This document shows positions 62,598 to 64,000 of a DNA stretch of 64,000 bases, piece by piece. Both the position numbers and the translations under genes were made by a program. Origin of the DNA: Escherichia phage dhaeg. The notes beneath the pieces are model-generated. The model saw nothing but the letters and a program-made list of their open reading frames with translations. It had not been told where the DNA came from and did not search any database. The number at the start of each line of letters is the position of its first letter. Within the stretch, counting starts at the first letter, position 1. The stretch lies in sequence record MN850609.1; one strand, given 5' to 3'.

Positions 62598-63155
62598 ATG
62601 ACCGAAATTAAACTGACTAAAAATAACTATGTAAATAATAAGGAGCTTCTGAAAGCCATTACCCAGTGGAAAACAGAGCTCCGAGAAAATACCGATCCTA
62701 ATAAAATAGTTCGTCAGAACGATGTTATCGGCTTGGCTATTATGCTCATTGCTGAAGGCCTTTCTAAGCGTTTCAACTTCTCCGGGTATACCCAATCTTG
62801 GAAGCAAGAAATGATTGCTGATGGAATCGAAGCTTCTATTAAAGGCCTTCACAACTTCGACGAAACAAAATACGACAACCCACATGCATATATCACTATG
62901 GCTTGTTTTAATGCCTTTGTTCAGCGTATCAAGAAAGAACGTAAAGAAATGGCAAAGAAATACAGCTACTTCGTCCATAACGTTTATGACGCTAATGACG
63001 ACGACATGGTAGGTATCGCAGATGAAACTTTTATCCAGGATATTTACGACAAAATGACTCAGTATGAAACCTCTTTAGTTAAAGCGCCAGGGTCTGATAA
63101 GAGCGCCGAATCTAAAGTTGGTGAGCTGGATTTTTTATATGGAACTCAAGATTAA
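62598..63155 (+). CDS. 55: late-transcription sigma factor gp55
   Basis: 185 aa; ...[15 protein letters not shown]...[85 protein letters not shown], near-identical to recalled T4 gp55. Confidence 0.97.
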   Translation: MTEIKLTKNNYVNNKELLKAITQWKTELRENTDPNKIVRQNDVIGLAIMLIAEGLSKRFNFSGYTQSWKQEMIADGIEASIKGLHNFDETKYDNPHAYITMACFNAFVQRIKKERKEMAKKYSYFVHNVYDANDDDMVGIADETFIQDIYDKMTQYETSLVKAPGSDKSAESKVGELDFLYGTQD

Positions 63156-63366
63156 CCTGGTAGGCCTTTTAGAAGAAGTAGATGGAGAGTATTCGGCAAT
63201 TCCTTATGTTCTTAAAATGTATCTTAAGGATATTGCCAAGCTTCCTATTGTAATAGACCCAAAACACCCTGATTCGGTAGAAATTAAAGCTGAAAAAGGA
63301 ACATTAACTTATAACTATCACGTTACCGACGAAGATTTTTATATAAAACTGAATTACAAGGATTAA
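63139..63366 (+). CDS. hypothetical protein
   Basis: 75 aa from an ATG inside the gene 55 3' end. Confidence 0.5.
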   Translation: MELKINLVGLLEEVDGEYSAIPYVLKMYLKDIAKLPIVIDPKHPDSVEIKAEKGTLTYNYHVTDEDFYIKLNYKD

Positions 63367-63367
63367 T

Positions 63368-63679
63368 ATGCAAAGCACCGACATTTCTCAATTGACCGAA
63401 GAGCAAATTGAAGAAGCCCAGAAGCGTTTAGAAGAGAATAATGCTAAAGAAGCCGCTTCTCAAGCTGCCAAAATTCTTAAAAAGAATGCCCGTGAAATTA
63501 AGCGTCTTAATACACATGCTCAGGGCGCTGTTCTCGAAAACAATTTCGAAGCTTACAAATATGCTATAATTAAATTACGTGGTATTTACCGTCAACCAAC
63601 TACTGACGAAATCGTTAGAGTTATGTGGGAAACTACGCGTAAACAGATTTGGGAAATTATCAATGGCGCTAGTAAATAA
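63368..63679 (+). CDS. hypothetical protein
   Basis: 103 aa. Confidence 0.55.
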   Translation: MQSTDISQLTEEQIEEAQKRLEENNAKEAASQAAKILKKNAREIKRLNTHAQGAVLENNFEAYKYAIIKLRGIYRQPTTDEIVRVMWETTRKQIWEIINGASK

Positions 63680-63866
63680 ACCCTTTAAACGGCTTCTTAT
63701 TGGAGCCGCCTTCAGACTTCGCTCATACGGTAATATTTGTATTAAGCAGACTGAAACCGAATATAAAATGGTTGGGCAATATTCCGATGAAATTTTTCGG
63801 ATTGAGCCTGTAGCCAAGGTTTGGGTGGATTCTCATCAACTTAAGAAATGGTGGAAACGATGGTAG
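63663..63866 (+). CDS. hypothetical basic protein
   Basis: 67 aa from the ATG at 63663. Confidence 0.45.
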   Translation: MALVNKPFKRLLIGAAFRLRSYGNICIKQTETEYKMVGQYSDEIFRIEPVAKVWVDSHQLKKWWKRW

Positions 63867-63956
63867 GATTTTATGAAAGCGGATGTAACGAAGACGAACA
63901 TCCGGATTTTTAAGCTTATGAATGACGAATACGAAAAAGTTTAAGAGGTCGTATGA

Positions 63957-64000
63957 ATGACGAATTCGATGGATTTTGATAAGATTAAATCTGACAAAAA
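63957..64000 (+). CDS. 5' end of an ORF running off the window
   Basis: ATG ACG AAT TCG ATG GAT TTT GAT AAG ... open to the window end. Confidence 0.3.
   Translation, partial: MTNSMDFDKIKSDK

Noticed and set aside
63917-63970. Direct repeat TATGAATGACGAAT(A/T)CGA, 34 bp apart near the window end.
   Set aside because: It is short, with only two copies, and lies at the edge of the window. The context cannot be evaluated, and it may simply be a duplicated gene start.

Overview
This window is a T4-like (T-even, Straboviridae) myovirus genome segment, in reverse orientation relative to the conventional T4 map. All protein identifications rest on my recall of T4 sequences, motifs, lengths and synteny; no searches were run.

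- **1-26966, minus strand:** an uninterrupted late morphogenesis block: 22 (5' end only), 21, 68, 67, 20, 19, 18, 17, 16, 15, 14, 13, wac, 12, 11, 10, 9, 8, 7, 6, 5.4, 5.1, 5, 53. TATAAATA late promoters and hairpin terminators lie between genes.
- **26979-30398, plus strand:** 4, 2, 3, 1, 57A and 57B (Acb1).
- **30395-64000, plus strand:** a densely packed early/middle accessory region.
  - Internal-protein-like genes carrying the capsid-targeting prefix MK(T/S)Y.EF.
  - Three tRNAs (CAU, Asn-GUU, Arg-UCU), followed by a roughly 170-nt ORF-free structured RNA.
  - Recognisable T4 genes: nudE, e, denV, regB, an SLT-type Vs.1, tk, rI, nrdC, 49, an nrdH-like gene and 55.
  - A TARG1-like macrodomain protein and an Acb2 (Vs.4)-like candidate.
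  - About 60 small ORFs that I cannot assign.
- **Not seen in this window:** homing endonuclease, integrase, transposase or CRISPR array. The nrdD/nrdG genes that sit between 49 and nrdH in T4 are also absent here.

**Most interesting observations**
1. A tandem array of five diverged small genes (35848-37093) that all end in W-x-S-S-S-x-x-Cys-stop.
2. At least 16 copies of a promoter plus 5'UTR cassette. Its untranscribed spacer is often complementary to the downstream SD.
3. A shared hairpin element placed immediately after the stop codons of genes 18 and 2. It carries an antisense promoter-like core.
4. Four consecutive proteins with variable N-terminal domains and a shared C-terminal coiled coil, next to an NTase plus AAA+ pair.
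5. A fibritin with two foldon-like modules.
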